From the NCBI GenBank assembly GCA_044229975.1, contig JBGARZ010000006.1, positions 416,001 to 480,000 on the forward strand: DNA of 64,000 nt, read 5' to 3'. This DNA comes from Polyangiales bacterium. Lineage in GTDB: Bacteria > Myxococcota_A > Polyangia > Polyangiales > Ga0077539. Position numbers and translations under genes: made by a program. Below are positions 10,028 through 22,072 of this stretch, piece by piece (positions within the stretch are counted from its first letter, which is position 1; every line of letters begins with the position of its first letter). The notes beneath the pieces were generated by a model that saw only the letters and a program-made list of their open reading frames with translations, was not told the DNA's origin and searched no databases.

Positions 10028-11647
10028 TCAGGGGTCGTCGGCGCAGCGGACGCCGTTGAGCACGCGGAAGTACGCGACGAAGGCAGAAGAGCCCGAGCCG
10101 CCAACGGCGAGTCCCGCATGGCACCTGGGTCGCCAGGCCATGCCGTTGAGCTGCACGCTCGATGGTTGCAGGTACGGCGTCATGGTCAGGTCGCCCATCC
10201 TCACGTCGGTGATGTCTTCGGTCGCAAAGAGCTCGTACCGATACTCGTAGACGCGACCCGCGCCACCGAACGCCACCGCCCGCGCACCGTCGGACGAGAA
10301 CGCCACCCCAAATGCGCCGATGACCATCGGCGCAGAGAAGCCTGCTGCCCAAACCCCGGCGCGGTAACGGTAGAGCCGTTGCCCCGACCAACCGACAGTC
10401 AGCGCGACGTCGCCCTGCGGGCGCGCGACGATGCGCGACACGTTGCCGATCTGACCGGCGAGCATCAACGAGCGGACCTGCGGCGACGCTGAGTCGAGCA
10501 TCGTGGCCGAGAGGATGTCGGCGCCGTTGGTCCCGCAGACCACCATCAGCGCGGGGTCACCGAAGCCATCGGGCACCCATGCGAAGTCGTTGCAGACCCT
10601 GCCCGAACTGATGCCGTAGCCGAAGGGCGTCCCGGTACGCGTGCCGTCGGCGGAGTACGGCCAGAACACGATGGAGCTCGGGCCAGAGGTGAGCAGCATC
10701 GCGCGGCTGCCGTCGGGTGACCACCGCAGCGACTGGTAGCTCGCGGTGGTGGAAGCCTCCGCGGTGCGCTCGGCGAGCATCCCGGTGGCGTGGTCCCAGA
10801 TGAAGATGCGGCCACGCACAGTGGCGCTCGAACCACTTCCCGTAGTGGTGTTGGCGAGCAGCAACGCGCGTGCTCCGTCCGGCGTGAAGACAACATCTCG
10901 CCAAGCCACGGTGCTTGTCGTCACGCCTACCCGGGTCACTGCGCGCGTCGAGACATCGTAACGGAACACCGTGCTGGAGGAGGACAGGATCAATGCGTAG
11001 CTTCCGGCGGGATGCCAGGCCACAGCGACTGGCGCGGCCAACAAGTCGGGTCGCACCGCCGTGTACTCGTACACGCCGACTGGAGCGGGCCCGGTCACCA
11101 CCGGAACATCCGGCGCGCCGCTGTCCCGCGCCCCGGTGTCCGTCGGTACGTCCACCCCACGATCCGGGAAGCCCACGTCGAAGCCGCTGTCGAAGCCGAC
11201 ATCGAACCCGCTGTCGAACCCGCTATCGAAGCCCGCGTCCGGTCGGTTCTCGACGCCGCTGTCCGTCGCGATGTCCGCGATCGTGCCCGCGTCGAAGCCC
11301 GCGTCCGTCCCGATGTCCGTCCCGATGTCCGTCCCGGTGTCGACGACCGTGCCCGCGTCCACCCCGACGTCCGTCCGCACGTCCGTCCCGATGGTCCCGC
11401 GGTCGGCCGGCGTGAACACGTCCTGCGGTTCAGGCCGGTCGGTGGTCACCTTCGGCGCCTCGACGCACAGGCCGTTGCGGTTGCACGTAAACCCGTCCTC
11501 ACAGTCGCGATCTTCCGCGCACTCGCTGAGGCAGCGGTTCATCTCGCAGCGCGCGTGCTGGCCGCACTCCGAGTTGATCGAGCACTCGATGTTCGCGCAC
11601 GACGTCGTCAGAGCGCAGACGAGGAGCGCGGCCGCCAGGGTCTTCAC
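10028..11647 (-). CDS. Lipoprotein: Cys-rich N-domain, Asp/Gly stalk, WD40-like beta-propeller
   Basis: GTG start, lipobox TTSC, CSINSECG...C repeats, DAGFDSG repeats, AWHPAG/WSPDG/FSSDG blade motifs. Confidence 0.75.
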   Translation of the reverse strand: MKTLAAALLVCALTTSCANIECSINSECGQHARCEMNRCLSECAEDRDCEDGFTCNRNGLCVEAPKVTTDRPEPQDVFTPADRGTIGTDVRTDVGVDAGTVVDTGTDIGTDIGTDAGFDAGTIADIATDSGVENRPDAGFDSGFDSGFDVGFDSGFDVGFPDRGVDVPTDTGARDSGAPDVPVVTGPAPVGVYEYTAVRPDLLAAPVAVAWHPAGSYALILSSSSTVFRYDVSTRAVTRVGVTTSTVAWRDVVFTPDGARALLLANTTTGSGSSATVRGRIFIWDHATGMLAERTAEASTTASYQSLRWSPDGSRAMLLTSGPSSIVFWPYSADGTRTGTPFGYGISSGRVCNDFAWVPDGFGDPALMVVCGTNGADILSATMLDSASPQVRSLMLAGQIGNVSRIVARPQGDVALTVGWSGQRLYRYRAGVWAAGFSAPMVIGAFGVAFSSDGARAVAFGGAGRVYEYRYELFATEDITDVRMGDLTMTPYLQPSSVQLNGMAWRPRCHAGLAVGGSGSSAFVAYFRVLNGVRCADDP

Positions 11648-11750
11648 CCCGTCGTGTGTACAGCACCTCCGCGCCTGCGGTGAAGCGCCCCCACGGGTTC
11701 GCCGCATCCCCCTTCCCGCCGCCTTCCCACCCGACGTAGAACCCGCGGTC

Positions 11751-14444
11751 ATGCCCGTCCTCCAGCTCAAGCCGCGCGACCACGACCTCCCCGTCTGCGA
11801 GCGCTACGACGACGAGGCCGCCCTCGTCCGCTTCGAGCGCGCCATGCGCGAGCACCGCGCCTTCACCGAGCCCTTCCGCCTCGAACGCGCCGACGACCGC
11901 GTCGACACCACCTGGTTCGTCTCCGGAACCTCCGCCAACGCCTACGCCGTCGACCTCGTCGACGGTGACCTCCACGACACCTGCACCTGCCCCGATTTCC
12001 TCTACTCGGGCCTCGGCACCTGCAAGCACATCGAGGCCGTTCGCCGCGCCGTCTCCTTCCGACCGACGCTCCGCCGCGCCCTCGCCCGCGTGCTCAACGT
12101 CCCCTTCGCCACCACGCTCACCGTCGTCGCCGCGGGCACTCCGCGCCTCCACGCCCTGGGCCGATGGACCCCCGCGCAGCACCGCGCCCTCGGCCTCGAA
12201 CGCCTCCCCTCCGGCGCCCTCCGCCTCGTCGACGCCGACGCGCTCGCGACCGGATCCCAGCGCACCGCCGTCCGCGTCACCCACGGCGCCGCCCTCTTCG
12301 CGCGCCGACTCGCCGAGCGCGAACGCCTCGCCACCCGCCAACGCGACGTGCTCGCCGCCATCGACTCCAACCGCCTCGGACTCGACGTGCTCAGCGAAGC
12401 CCTCTTCCCCTACCAACGCACCGGCGTGCGCTTCCTCGTGGGCGCGGGCCGGGCGCTGCTCGCCGACGACATGGGCCTCGGCAAGACCGTTCAGACCCTC
12501 GCGGCGTGCGAGCTGTTGCGCCTGCGCGGCGAGGCCGCTCGCATCCTCGTCGTCACCTCCGCGTCGCTCAAGGACCAGTGGGCCCGCGAGATCAAGCGCT
12601 ACGCGCGCTCCGAGGCCGTGGTCGTCTCCGGCGGCGCCGCCTCTCGCCGGGCCGCGCTGGAGTCCGACGCGCCGTACAAGATCCTCAACTACGAGATCAC
12701 CTGGCGCGAGCTCACCTCGCTGCAAAACCTCGACGCCGACGTGCTCGTCCTCGACGAGGCCCAACGCGCCAAGAACTTCCGCACCAAGACCGCCACCACC
12801 CTGCGAGCCATCCCGTCGCGCTTCCTCTTCGTGCTCACCGGCACGCCCGTCGAGAACCGCCTCGACGACCTCTACGCGCTGCTCCAGCTCGCCGACGCCG
12901 AGGTGCTCGGTCCGCTGTGGCGCTTCAACCTCCGCTTCCATCAACAGAACGCGCGCGGTCGCGTGGAGGGCTACAAGAACCTCGCCGCGCTCCGCGAGAC
13001 CATCGCCCCGCTGGTGCTGCGTCGCCGCAAGGAGGAGGTGCTCACCCAGCTCCCGGCGCTCACCGAGCAGACCCGCTACCTCGCGCTGTCCAAGGAGCAG
13101 GCCGAGCTCGAACACGGCTACCGCCACGAGGCCGCGAGGCTCATGCGCATCACCGAGCACCGCGCGCTCACCCTCGACGAGCAGAAGCGCTTGATGGCGA
13201 AGCTCCTGAAGGCGCGGCAGGCGTGCAACGCCGTGGCGCTGTGCGACCCCGGCCGCGAAGATCGGAGCTCGCCCAAGCTCGACGAGTTCGAGTCGCTGGT
13301 GGGCGAGATCGTCGCGCAAGGGACGAGCAAGATCCTGGTGTTCTCGGAGTGGCGCGAGATGTTGAAGCTCGCGGCCGAGCGGCTGGAGGCCATCGGCGTG
13401 GGCTACGCGATGCTCCACGGCGGCATCGCGACGGACCGACGACCGGCGCTGCTGGAGAAGTTTCGCGAGTCGCCCGACGTGCGCGTGCTGCTCTCGACCG
13501 ACGCCGGCGGAACGGGCCTCAACCTCCAGGTGGCGTCCTACGTCATCCACCTCGACCTGCCCTGGAACCCTGGTCGACTCGATCAGCGAACATCACGCGC
13601 GCACCGGCTGGGGCAGACCCGCGGCGTGTCGGTGACGTACCTCTGCGCGGCGGCCGGCATCGAGCGCGGCATCGAAGGAACACTCGCGGGCAAGCGGGCC
13701 GTGCGCGGCGCCGCGCTGGACGTGGCGAGCGACGTCGACGAGCTGGTGGCGCCGAGCTTCTCGATGTTCATCAAGGAGATGAGCGCGGCGCTCCAGGCGT
13801 TGGAGGATGACGAAGAGGTCGCACCGGAAGAGGGAGCCGCGGAGGTGGCAGCACCGCCGACCGACGCGAGCGCCGAAGAGGCGCCCGTCGAAGAGGGCGA
13901 CGTCGACGAAGCCGCGCCCGACGAAGCTGCGCCCGACGAAGCCGCACCCGACGACCCAGGTCCCAGTCCCCGGCCTTACCCGGAGCGGAGCGAAGGGACG
14001 CTCCCGCCCACGTCGACAGCGTCCGTCGAAGAACCGCTCCCATCCACCTCGCCGACGTCCGTCGAAGAGCCGTCCGCTCCGGCCGCACCGCGACGCATCG
14101 CCGGGCGCGCGGGCAATCGACTCCATCTCGCGCAGGTGGTGCTGGCGGCGGGTTTCCCTTCGGACGCGGTGCGCGCGGCGTACGAGGCGCTGGGCGCTGC
14201 GATCGGGGGAATGCTCGCGACGCCGCCGACGGGCGGGCATGCGGGGCTGGTGGCGGCGATCTACCGCGAGCTCATCCCGGGCGGTCGGCTGCCACACGCC
14301 GCGCACGCCGCGCTGGCGCAGTTGCATGACCTCACCTCGCTCGATGCGCACGGCATCGAGGTGGACGACGCCCTCGCACGATCGGCCGTCAACGAGGCCA
14401 CGCAGTGGGTCGAGCGCCTCGACGCGGGCCCACCCGCCGCGTAG
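11751..14444 (+). CDS. SWIM zinc finger-SNF2 (SWI2/SNF2) helicase with C-terminal HEPN-like domain
   Basis: CTCPDF...CKH SWIM, ADDMGLGKT, DEAQ, TGTPVEN, STDAGGTGLNLQ, QRTSRAHRLGQ; acidic linker then helical HEPN-like domain. Confidence 0.9.
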   Translation: MPVLQLKPRDHDLPVCERYDDEAALVRFERAMREHRAFTEPFRLERADDRVDTTWFVSGTSANAYAVDLVDGDLHDTCTCPDFLYSGLGTCKHIEAVRRAVSFRPTLRRALARVLNVPFATTLTVVAAGTPRLHALGRWTPAQHRALGLERLPSGALRLVDADALATGSQRTAVRVTHGAALFARRLAERERLATRQRDVLAAIDSNRLGLDVLSEALFPYQRTGVRFLVGAGRALLADDMGLGKTVQTLAACELLRLRGEAARILVVTSASLKDQWAREIKRYARSEAVVVSGGAASRRAALESDAPYKILNYEITWRELTSLQNLDADVLVLDEAQRAKNFRTKTATTLRAIPSRFLFVLTGTPVENRLDDLYALLQLADAEVLGPLWRFNLRFHQQNARGRVEGYKNLAALRETIAPLVLRRRKEEVLTQLPALTEQTRYLALSKEQAELEHGYRHEAARLMRITEHRALTLDEQKRLMAKLLKARQACNAVALCDPGREDRSSPKLDEFESLVGEIVAQGTSKILVFSEWREMLKLAAERLEAIGVGYAMLHGGIATDRRPALLEKFRESPDVRVLLSTDAGGTGLNLQVASYVIHLDLPWNPGRLDQRTSRAHRLGQTRGVSVTYLCAAAGIERGIEGTLAGKRAVRGAALDVASDVDELVAPSFSMFIKEMSAALQALEDDEEVAPEEGAAEVAAPPTDASAEEAPVEEGDVDEAAPDEAAPDEAAPDDPGPSPRPYPERSEGTLPPTSTASVEEPLPSTSPTSVEEPSAPAAPRRIAGRAGNRLHLAQVVLAAGFPSDAVRAAYEALGAAIGGMLATPPTGGHAGLVAAIYRELIPGGRLPHAAHAALAQLHDLTSLDAHGIEVDDALARSAVNEATQWVERLDAGPPAA

Positions 14445-14455
14445 TACCGTACCCG

Positions 14456-15214
14456 ATGAGCCGCGACTGGACCGCCTTCGCCCGCCGCGTGCTGCGCCCC
14501 GGGCGACCGCGGTTGCCCGAGGCGCGCGCGGTCGTCATCGGGATGAAGGACGTTCGAGAGGCGTGGGAGGCGCTGATGGTGCGCGGGCTCGTCCCAGCGC
14601 CCGAGCACGACCCGCGCGGCGCGTTTCGCGAGCGACCCGCGGCGGCCGATGGGCCGACGTGGCAGCCGTTTCGCGAGGACGCGGGCGCGGCGGGTGATGG
14701 GCCCGCGCTGCCGGTGTCCATCGACGCGGCCGTGACGCTCGCGTGTGATCCGCGCGGCGTCGCGAGGGCGAGCGAGCTGGCGCTGGCGTTCGCGGCGGAG
14801 AGCGTCGCGTGGGAGGTTCCGTCGGTGCGGCGCGTGGCGGCCACGAGGGTGGCGTGGCGGGTCGTCGCGGCCGAGCGCTGGTACCAGAGCTACCTCGATC
14901 GGTACCGCATGGCGATGATCGCCCAGGAGCTGAGCCGGGCGCTCGTCGTCCGCATCCCGAAGCTCGCCGCGGTGATGGACGTTCGCGCGGTGCTCGACGT
15001 GACCGGGAGGGGGTACGCGCTGCGGGTGGCCGAAGACGTGGCGGCGTGCGTGCTGTGGCCGGAGGCGGTGGCGCGCGACCTGCGACGACCCGATGGTGTG
15101 GCGTACCGCGAGCTTGGTGACCCGACCGCGACGATGATCGACCTGTGGGCGACGGGCTACGCGCTCGACCACATCCGCGGCGACACGGTGGTGCTCGTCG
15201 CGCCGGCGCTGTGA
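14456..15214 (+). CDS. Hypothetical protein
   Basis: ATG 11 nt after SNF2 stop, same strand, normal codon usage. Confidence 0.65.
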   Translation: MSRDWTAFARRVLRPGRPRLPEARAVVIGMKDVREAWEALMVRGLVPAPEHDPRGAFRERPAAADGPTWQPFREDAGAAGDGPALPVSIDAAVTLACDPRGVARASELALAFAAESVAWEVPSVRRVAATRVAWRVVAAERWYQSYLDRYRMAMIAQELSRALVVRIPKLAAVMDVRAVLDVTGRGYALRVAEDVAACVLWPEAVARDLRRPDGVAYRELGDPTATMIDLWATGYALDHIRGDTVVLVAPAL

Positions 15215-15215
15215 G

Positions 15216-16313
15216 TCAGAGCGTTCCGCCGCAGGCGATGCCGATGTCGCCGGGGCCCATGCCGCAGCGGATCGCCGCGTGCTCGCCCGAACGCGACGAT
15301 GGCCTCGTCACCAGAAGCACCGTTCCGAGCGCTGCGAACACTCCTCCGGCGATGAAGCCGGCGACGCTCACCGACTGCCAGGTGCGGCCCGCGTCGTAGA
15401 GCCCGTTGCAGTCGACGGACGATCCCGGCATCAACGACACGACCTGATCGGAGCCGTTCAACCCGCAGTAGTTGCGGCCCGCGTTGGTCGCGTTGAACTG
15501 CGTCGCGTTGTCGTTGCGCAGCACCAGACCGGCCACGCCGAGGCCGATGAGCCCCACACCGACACCGATCCCGGCGATGCCCAGCGGCAACTGCCACCTC
15601 GCCGTCGACGGCGGCGGCGTCACCACGGGCGGCGTCACCACCGGGTCAGGCCGTCGCACCAGCACCGGCGGCGTCACCACGGGGGGCGTCACGACCGGCG
15701 GCGTCACCACGGGGGGCGTCACGACCGGCGGCGTCACCACGGGGGGCGTCACGACCGCGACCGCCCGCTGCAACTCCGGTGCGACGACCATCGGCTGCGA
15801 GACGCCCGCCGTCACCGTCACGTCGCGCGTGGCCGGTGTGTAGCCTGCCGCGCGCAGCTCGACGCTCACCGGACCCGCCAGCACCCGCAGCGGTGCTGCT
15901 AGCGGTAGCGTGCCTCGCGCGACGCCGTTGACGCGCACCTCGGCGCCGCTGGGACCCCGAACCTCCAGCGCCCCGAGGTGCCCTTCGATGAGCCCGAGGT
16001 CGCGCGCGAGGTTCTGCCGGTTGGTGTTGATCCAGGCGTCGGTCGCGTAGCCCAGCGCCGCGCGCAGGTGCTCGTCGGCCTCGACCCAGCGTTCCGCTGC
16101 GGCTTCGGCCAGGCCCTGTCGCGCCAGCGCGCGAGGCTCTCTCGTCTGCGCGTAGATGTCGCGAAACACCGCCGCCGCCTCGACGTGGCGACCCTCCACG
16201 CGGAGCTGCATCCCGCGCCGATGCTCTGCCTCGCTCGCCGACGGAACCTGCGCCCACGCCGTGCCCGAGGCGGCGAGCACGACCAACAGCCACCAGCCTC
16301 GTCGCTTCATCAT
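15216..16313 (-). CDS. Secreted TPR/PEGA-domain protein with (VVTPP)n linker
   Basis: Signal peptide, TPR-like helices, PEGA-like LEVRGPSGAEVRVNG...GTLPL...AAGY, two hydrophobic C-terminal segments. Confidence 0.8.
   Translation of the reverse strand: MMKRRGWWLLVVLAASGTAWAQVPSASEAEHRRGMQLRVEGRHVEAAAVFRDIYAQTREPRALARQGLAEAAAERWVEADEHLRAALGYATDAWINTNRQNLARDLGLIEGHLGALEVRGPSGAEVRVNGVARGTLPLAAPLRVLAGPVSVELRAAGYTPATRDVTVTAGVSQPMVVAPELQRAVAVVTPPVVTPPVVTPPVVTPPVVTPPVVTPPVLVRRPDPVVTPPVVTPPPSTARWQLPLGIAGIGVGVGLIGLGVAGLVLRNDNATQFNATNAGRNYCGLNGSDQVVSLMPGSSVDCNGLYDAGRTWQSVSVAGFIAGGVFAALGTVLLVTRPSSRSGEHAAIRCGMGPGDIGIACGGTL
15661..15755 (-). repeat. Coding 15/30-bp tandem repeat (VVTPP)n
   Basis: caccacggggggcgtcacgaccggcggcgt units in tandem. 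Confidence 0.85.
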
Positions 16314-16326
16314 CAGTGATCTCACG

Positions 16327-17709
<1,383 letters not shown>

Positions 17710-17931
17710 GAGCCGAAGGTCCGCACCACACAGGTAACGGACCACGAAGCACCTCCCTTGGGCAAGTCACAGGGAGACGCCAGCCCGGGACACACTTCGA
17801 CCCACCCAAGGAACCAAACCGCCCGGGAATACATCCCCGCCACCATCGGGTTGCATGCCGCGCCGCCGCTGCGGTAGAGCGCCCGTCGCTCCCGTTCGCC
17901 GCACACACCCTCAAGCACAACACCCCGATCC

Positions 17932-18918
<987 letters not shown>

Positions 18919-18936
18919 GGGACAGTTGGTGCTTCG

Positions 18937-19839
18937 ATGATCGACAAGGAGCTGCTCAAGAAGCTTCGGCGCATCGAGATCACCACCGCGAGGCTCGCCA
19001 ACGACCAGCTCGTGGGCGCCTACGCGTCGGTGTTCAAGGGCCGTGGCCTGGCGTTCGACGAGGTGCGGATGTACCAGCCCGGCGACGACATCCGGTTCAT
19101 CGACTGGAACGTCACGGCCCGCACCAACGCGCCGCACATCAAGGTCTTCCGCGAAGAGCGCGAGATGACCGTGATGCTCCTGGTCGACCTGTCGGGCTCG
19201 CAGGACTTCGGCACCCGCGCGATGTTCAAGCGCGAGCTCGTCGCCGAGGTGAGCGCCGTCATGGCCTTCAGCGCCGTCAAGAACAACGACCGCGTGGGCC
19301 TCGTGCTCTTCACCGACCGCGTCGAGAAGGTGGTCCCGCCGCGCAAGGGCGCGCGCCACGTGATGCGGGTGGTGACGGAGATTCTCCAGTTCAAGGAGGC
19401 ACCGCGGAAAGATGGCGAACACGCCGGCACCAACCTCTCGCTGGCGCTGGAGGTGCTGGGTCACCTGTCGCGTCGGCGCGCGGTGTCCTTCGTGGTGAGC
19501 GACTTCCTCGGCAACGACTACGAGCACGCGCTGCGCGTGGCGGCGGCGCGGCACGACCTCGTCCCCATCTACGTGAGCGACCCGCGCGAGGACGAGCTGC
19601 CCGACGTGGGGCTCATGCTCGCCGAAGACCTGGAGACCGGCGAGTGGATCGAGGTCGACACCAGCCACCCCGCGGTGCGCGAGCACTACCGGCGCACCAT
19701 CGCGCAGCAGAAGATCACGCGCGACACGCTCTTCCGACGGCTCGGCCTGGACGCCATCAACGTGGCGACGCACCGGCCGTACATCAGCGCGCTGGCGGAG
19801 TTCTTCCGGCGCCGCGCGAGAAGGATGCACGCGGGATGA
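18937..19839 (+). CDS. DUF58 domain (vWA-like) protein
   Basis: FKGRGLAFDEVRMYQPGDDIRFIDWNVTAR, DLSGS, SDF; canonical position after moxR. Confidence 0.93.
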   Translation: MIDKELLKKLRRIEITTARLANDQLVGAYASVFKGRGLAFDEVRMYQPGDDIRFIDWNVTARTNAPHIKVFREEREMTVMLLVDLSGSQDFGTRAMFKRELVAEVSAVMAFSAVKNNDRVGLVLFTDRVEKVVPPRKGARHVMRVVTEILQFKEAPRKDGEHAGTNLSLALEVLGHLSRRRAVSFVVSDFLGNDYEHALRVAAARHDLVPIYVSDPREDELPDVGLMLAEDLETGEWIEVDTSHPAVREHYRRTIAQQKITRDTLFRRLGLDAINVATHRPYISALAEFFRRRARRMHAG

Positions 19840-20915
19840 GCTACCGGGTCCACGTCGCCTTCGCGCTCGCCCTCCTCGCGCCCGCCGTTGCGTCAGCTCA
19901 GGACGCCGCCGTCGTCGCGACCGATGCCGCCGTCGCGGCTCGTCCCGCTGCACCTGCTCCGCGTTCTGGTGAGTGCGTCGCCGATCCCATCGCGGCCGAT
20001 CGGGCGCCCGTCGTCGAGGCCACGCTCAACCCGCCCAACCCGCAGGTCGGCGACCGCGTCCGCGTCATGTGGACCTTCCGCTATCGCGCCGCCGATCGCG
20101 TGGAGTTCGACCCCGACGCCGTCGCCCTCCAGCAGCCCGCGATCGAGCTCGAGTACGCCCGCGAGCAGCCCGAGCGCGACCGCAGCACCCACGGCGAACC
20201 CAACGGCCGCGTGCGCTCCGAGGTCGTCGTCGCGCTGCAACCGTTCCGCGCCGGCGAGGTCACCATCCGGCCGATGCCCTACCGCGTGAACACCGGCGAC
20301 GAGATCGCCCGGATGTGTACCCCGGAGGTGCGCTTCCGCGTGCGCTCGGTCTTCGGCAACGCCACGCACCCGCAGCCCAGGGACATCACCCGCCCGGAGG
20401 ACGTGCGCCGCGACGCGCTCACCCTCCGCTGGGTCTCGCTGGGGCTCGATATCCTCTTCCTCTCCATCGTGGCCGCGCTCTCGGTCGCCGCGTGGCTGCG
20501 CCGTCGCCCGAAGTTCGTGCCGCCACCTCCGCCGCCGCGGCACCCGTACTTCATCGCCCGCGAGGCGCTCGAAGCGCTCTCCAGCGGCGACCTGCTCTCG
20601 CGCGGCCTCACCAAGGACTACTACGACGCCATCTCCGACGTGATCCGCCGGTACCTCGGCGGCGTGCGCTCGTTCGACGCCATCGAGATGACCACCGACG
20701 AGCTCCTCGCGCACCTGCGCAAGAGCCCGCTGCCGGGCGTCACCTTCGTCGAGGTCGAGCGCCTGCTGCGCGAGTGCGACCTCGTGAAGTTCGCCCGCTA
20801 CGTCCCCGCCCACGAGGAGGCCGACGCCATCCTCGCCGACGCCGTCTCCCTCGTCGAACGCGGCCGCCCCATGAACTCCCCCGCGACCGAAGCACCCCGC
20901 GGAGCAACACCATGA
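19836..20915 (+). CDS. Bat-operon membrane protein (third gene; Ig-like domain + TM + helical C-domain)
   Basis: Signal peptide, TM, then KDYYDAISDVIRRYL...AIEMTTDEL...DLVKFA; ATGA overlaps. Confidence 0.8.
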   Translation: MSYRVHVAFALALLAPAVASAQDAAVVATDAAVAARPAAPAPRSGECVADPIAADRAPVVEATLNPPNPQVGDRVRVMWTFRYRAADRVEFDPDAVALQQPAIELEYAREQPERDRSTHGEPNGRVRSEVVVALQPFRAGEVTIRPMPYRVNTGDEIARMCTPEVRFRVRSVFGNATHPQPRDITRPEDVRRDALTLRWVSLGLDILFLSIVAALSVAAWLRRRPKFVPPPPPPRHPYFIAREALEALSSGDLLSRGLTKDYYDAISDVIRRYLGGVRSFDAIEMTTDELLAHLRKSPLPGVTFVEVERLLRECDLVKFARYVPAHEEADAILADAVSLVERGRPMNSPATEAPRGATP

Positions 20916-22072
20916 AGCTCCGCGGTCGCCCCTCTCCCGTCCGCGCCGCCGTCCCGAAGCACCGCTCGCCCGCGGGGCCCGTCGCGTCGATCGCCGCGCT
21001 CATCCTCGTCCTCCTCGCCATCGCCGCCGCCGTCGCGGTCTACCTCGCGGGCTGGCAGATCCAGCTCAAGACCCCGTGGGCGCTGCTCGCGCTGCCCGTC
21101 TCTTTACTCATCTATGTATGCTCGCGGCTTCTCTGGAAGCGCGTCGACGCCGTCCCCGGCGAGGCCCTCACCCGCTTGAAGGTCTCCCAGGGCGCCGCCC
21201 TGCGAGCCGTCCCCCGCACCGTGAGCGCGCGCCTGGTGCACCTGCCCGCGGCCCTGCGCGTGGCGGCCATCGTGCTGGTGGGCGTCGCGCTCTCGCGCCC
21301 GCAACGGGTCGACGCGCCCGACGCGCTGGAGCTGTCGGGCATCGACATCGTGATGTCCCTCGACCTCTCCGGGTCGATGCGCGCGGCCGACCTCCAGCCG
21401 ACGCGCCTCGAAGCGGCGAAGGAGGTGGTCGGCAACTTCATCCAGCGGCGCCGGAGCGACCGCATGGGGCTCGTGGTGTTCGGCCGCGAGGCGTTCACCG
21501 TGGTGCCGCCGACGCTCGACTACACGGTGCTCCAGCGCATGGTGAGCGCCCTCAGCCTGGAGCTCATCGACGGCTCGGGCACCGCCATCGGCGACGGCCT
21601 CGGAACGGCCCTCAACCGCCTGCGCCACAGCGACGCGCGCAGCAAGGTGGTGCTGCTGCTCACCGACGGCGCCAACAACGCCGGTCACGTCGACCCGCGC
21701 GAGGCGGCGCAGCTCGCGACGGCCCTGCGCGTGAAGGTCTACACGATCCTGGTGGGCACCGCGGAAGACGCGCCGGTGCAGCAGGGCGTCGACCTCGCGG
21801 GGCGCCCCGTGTACGTGCAGGCGCGCTTCGCCATCGACCCGCAGCTCCTGCAGGACATCGCCACGACGACGGGGGGACAGTTCTTCCGCGCGGTCGATCG
21901 AGCGGCGCTGGAGCAGAGCTTCCACACCATCCTCGACCAGTTGGAGCGCAGCAAGATCGCCGACGCGGGTGCGCGCTACGCGGAGCTGTATCCGTGGCTG
22001 GTGGTGGCGGCCCTCGCGCTGCTCGCGCTCGAAGGGTTGCTCGCGTCGACGCGGCTGAGGAGGTTCCCGTGA
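20912..22072 (+). CDS. batA: BatA-like vWA domain membrane protein
   Basis: ALSRPQ, DLSGSM MIDAS, GTAIGDGL, LLTDGANN, GGQFFRA. Confidence 0.85.
   Translation: MKLRGRPSPVRAAVPKHRSPAGPVASIAALILVLLAIAAAVAVYLAGWQIQLKTPWALLALPVSLLIYVCSRLLWKRVDAVPGEALTRLKVSQGAALRAVPRTVSARLVHLPAALRVAAIVLVGVALSRPQRVDAPDALELSGIDIVMSLDLSGSMRAADLQPTRLEAAKEVVGNFIQRRRSDRMGLVVFGREAFTVVPPTLDYTVLQRMVSALSLELIDGSGTAIGDGLGTALNRLRHSDARSKVVLLLTDGANNAGHVDPREAAQLATALRVKVYTILVGTAEDAPVQQGVDLAGRPVYVQARFAIDPQLLQDIATTTGGQFFRAVDRAALEQSFHTILDQLERSKIADAGARYAELYPWLVVAALALLALEGLLASTRLRRFP

Noticed and set aside
11061..11750. Long N-terminal extensions in the ORF track (SNF2 from 11061; likewise 3384, 5141, 24960, 51490, 56521)
   Set aside because: They overlap neighbouring real genes; later starts fit signal peptides, RBS or stop/start overlaps.
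17851..17880. Sigma70-like promoter TTGCAT-18-TAGAGC before moxR
   Set aside because: Weak -10 match; cannot be supported from sequence alone.
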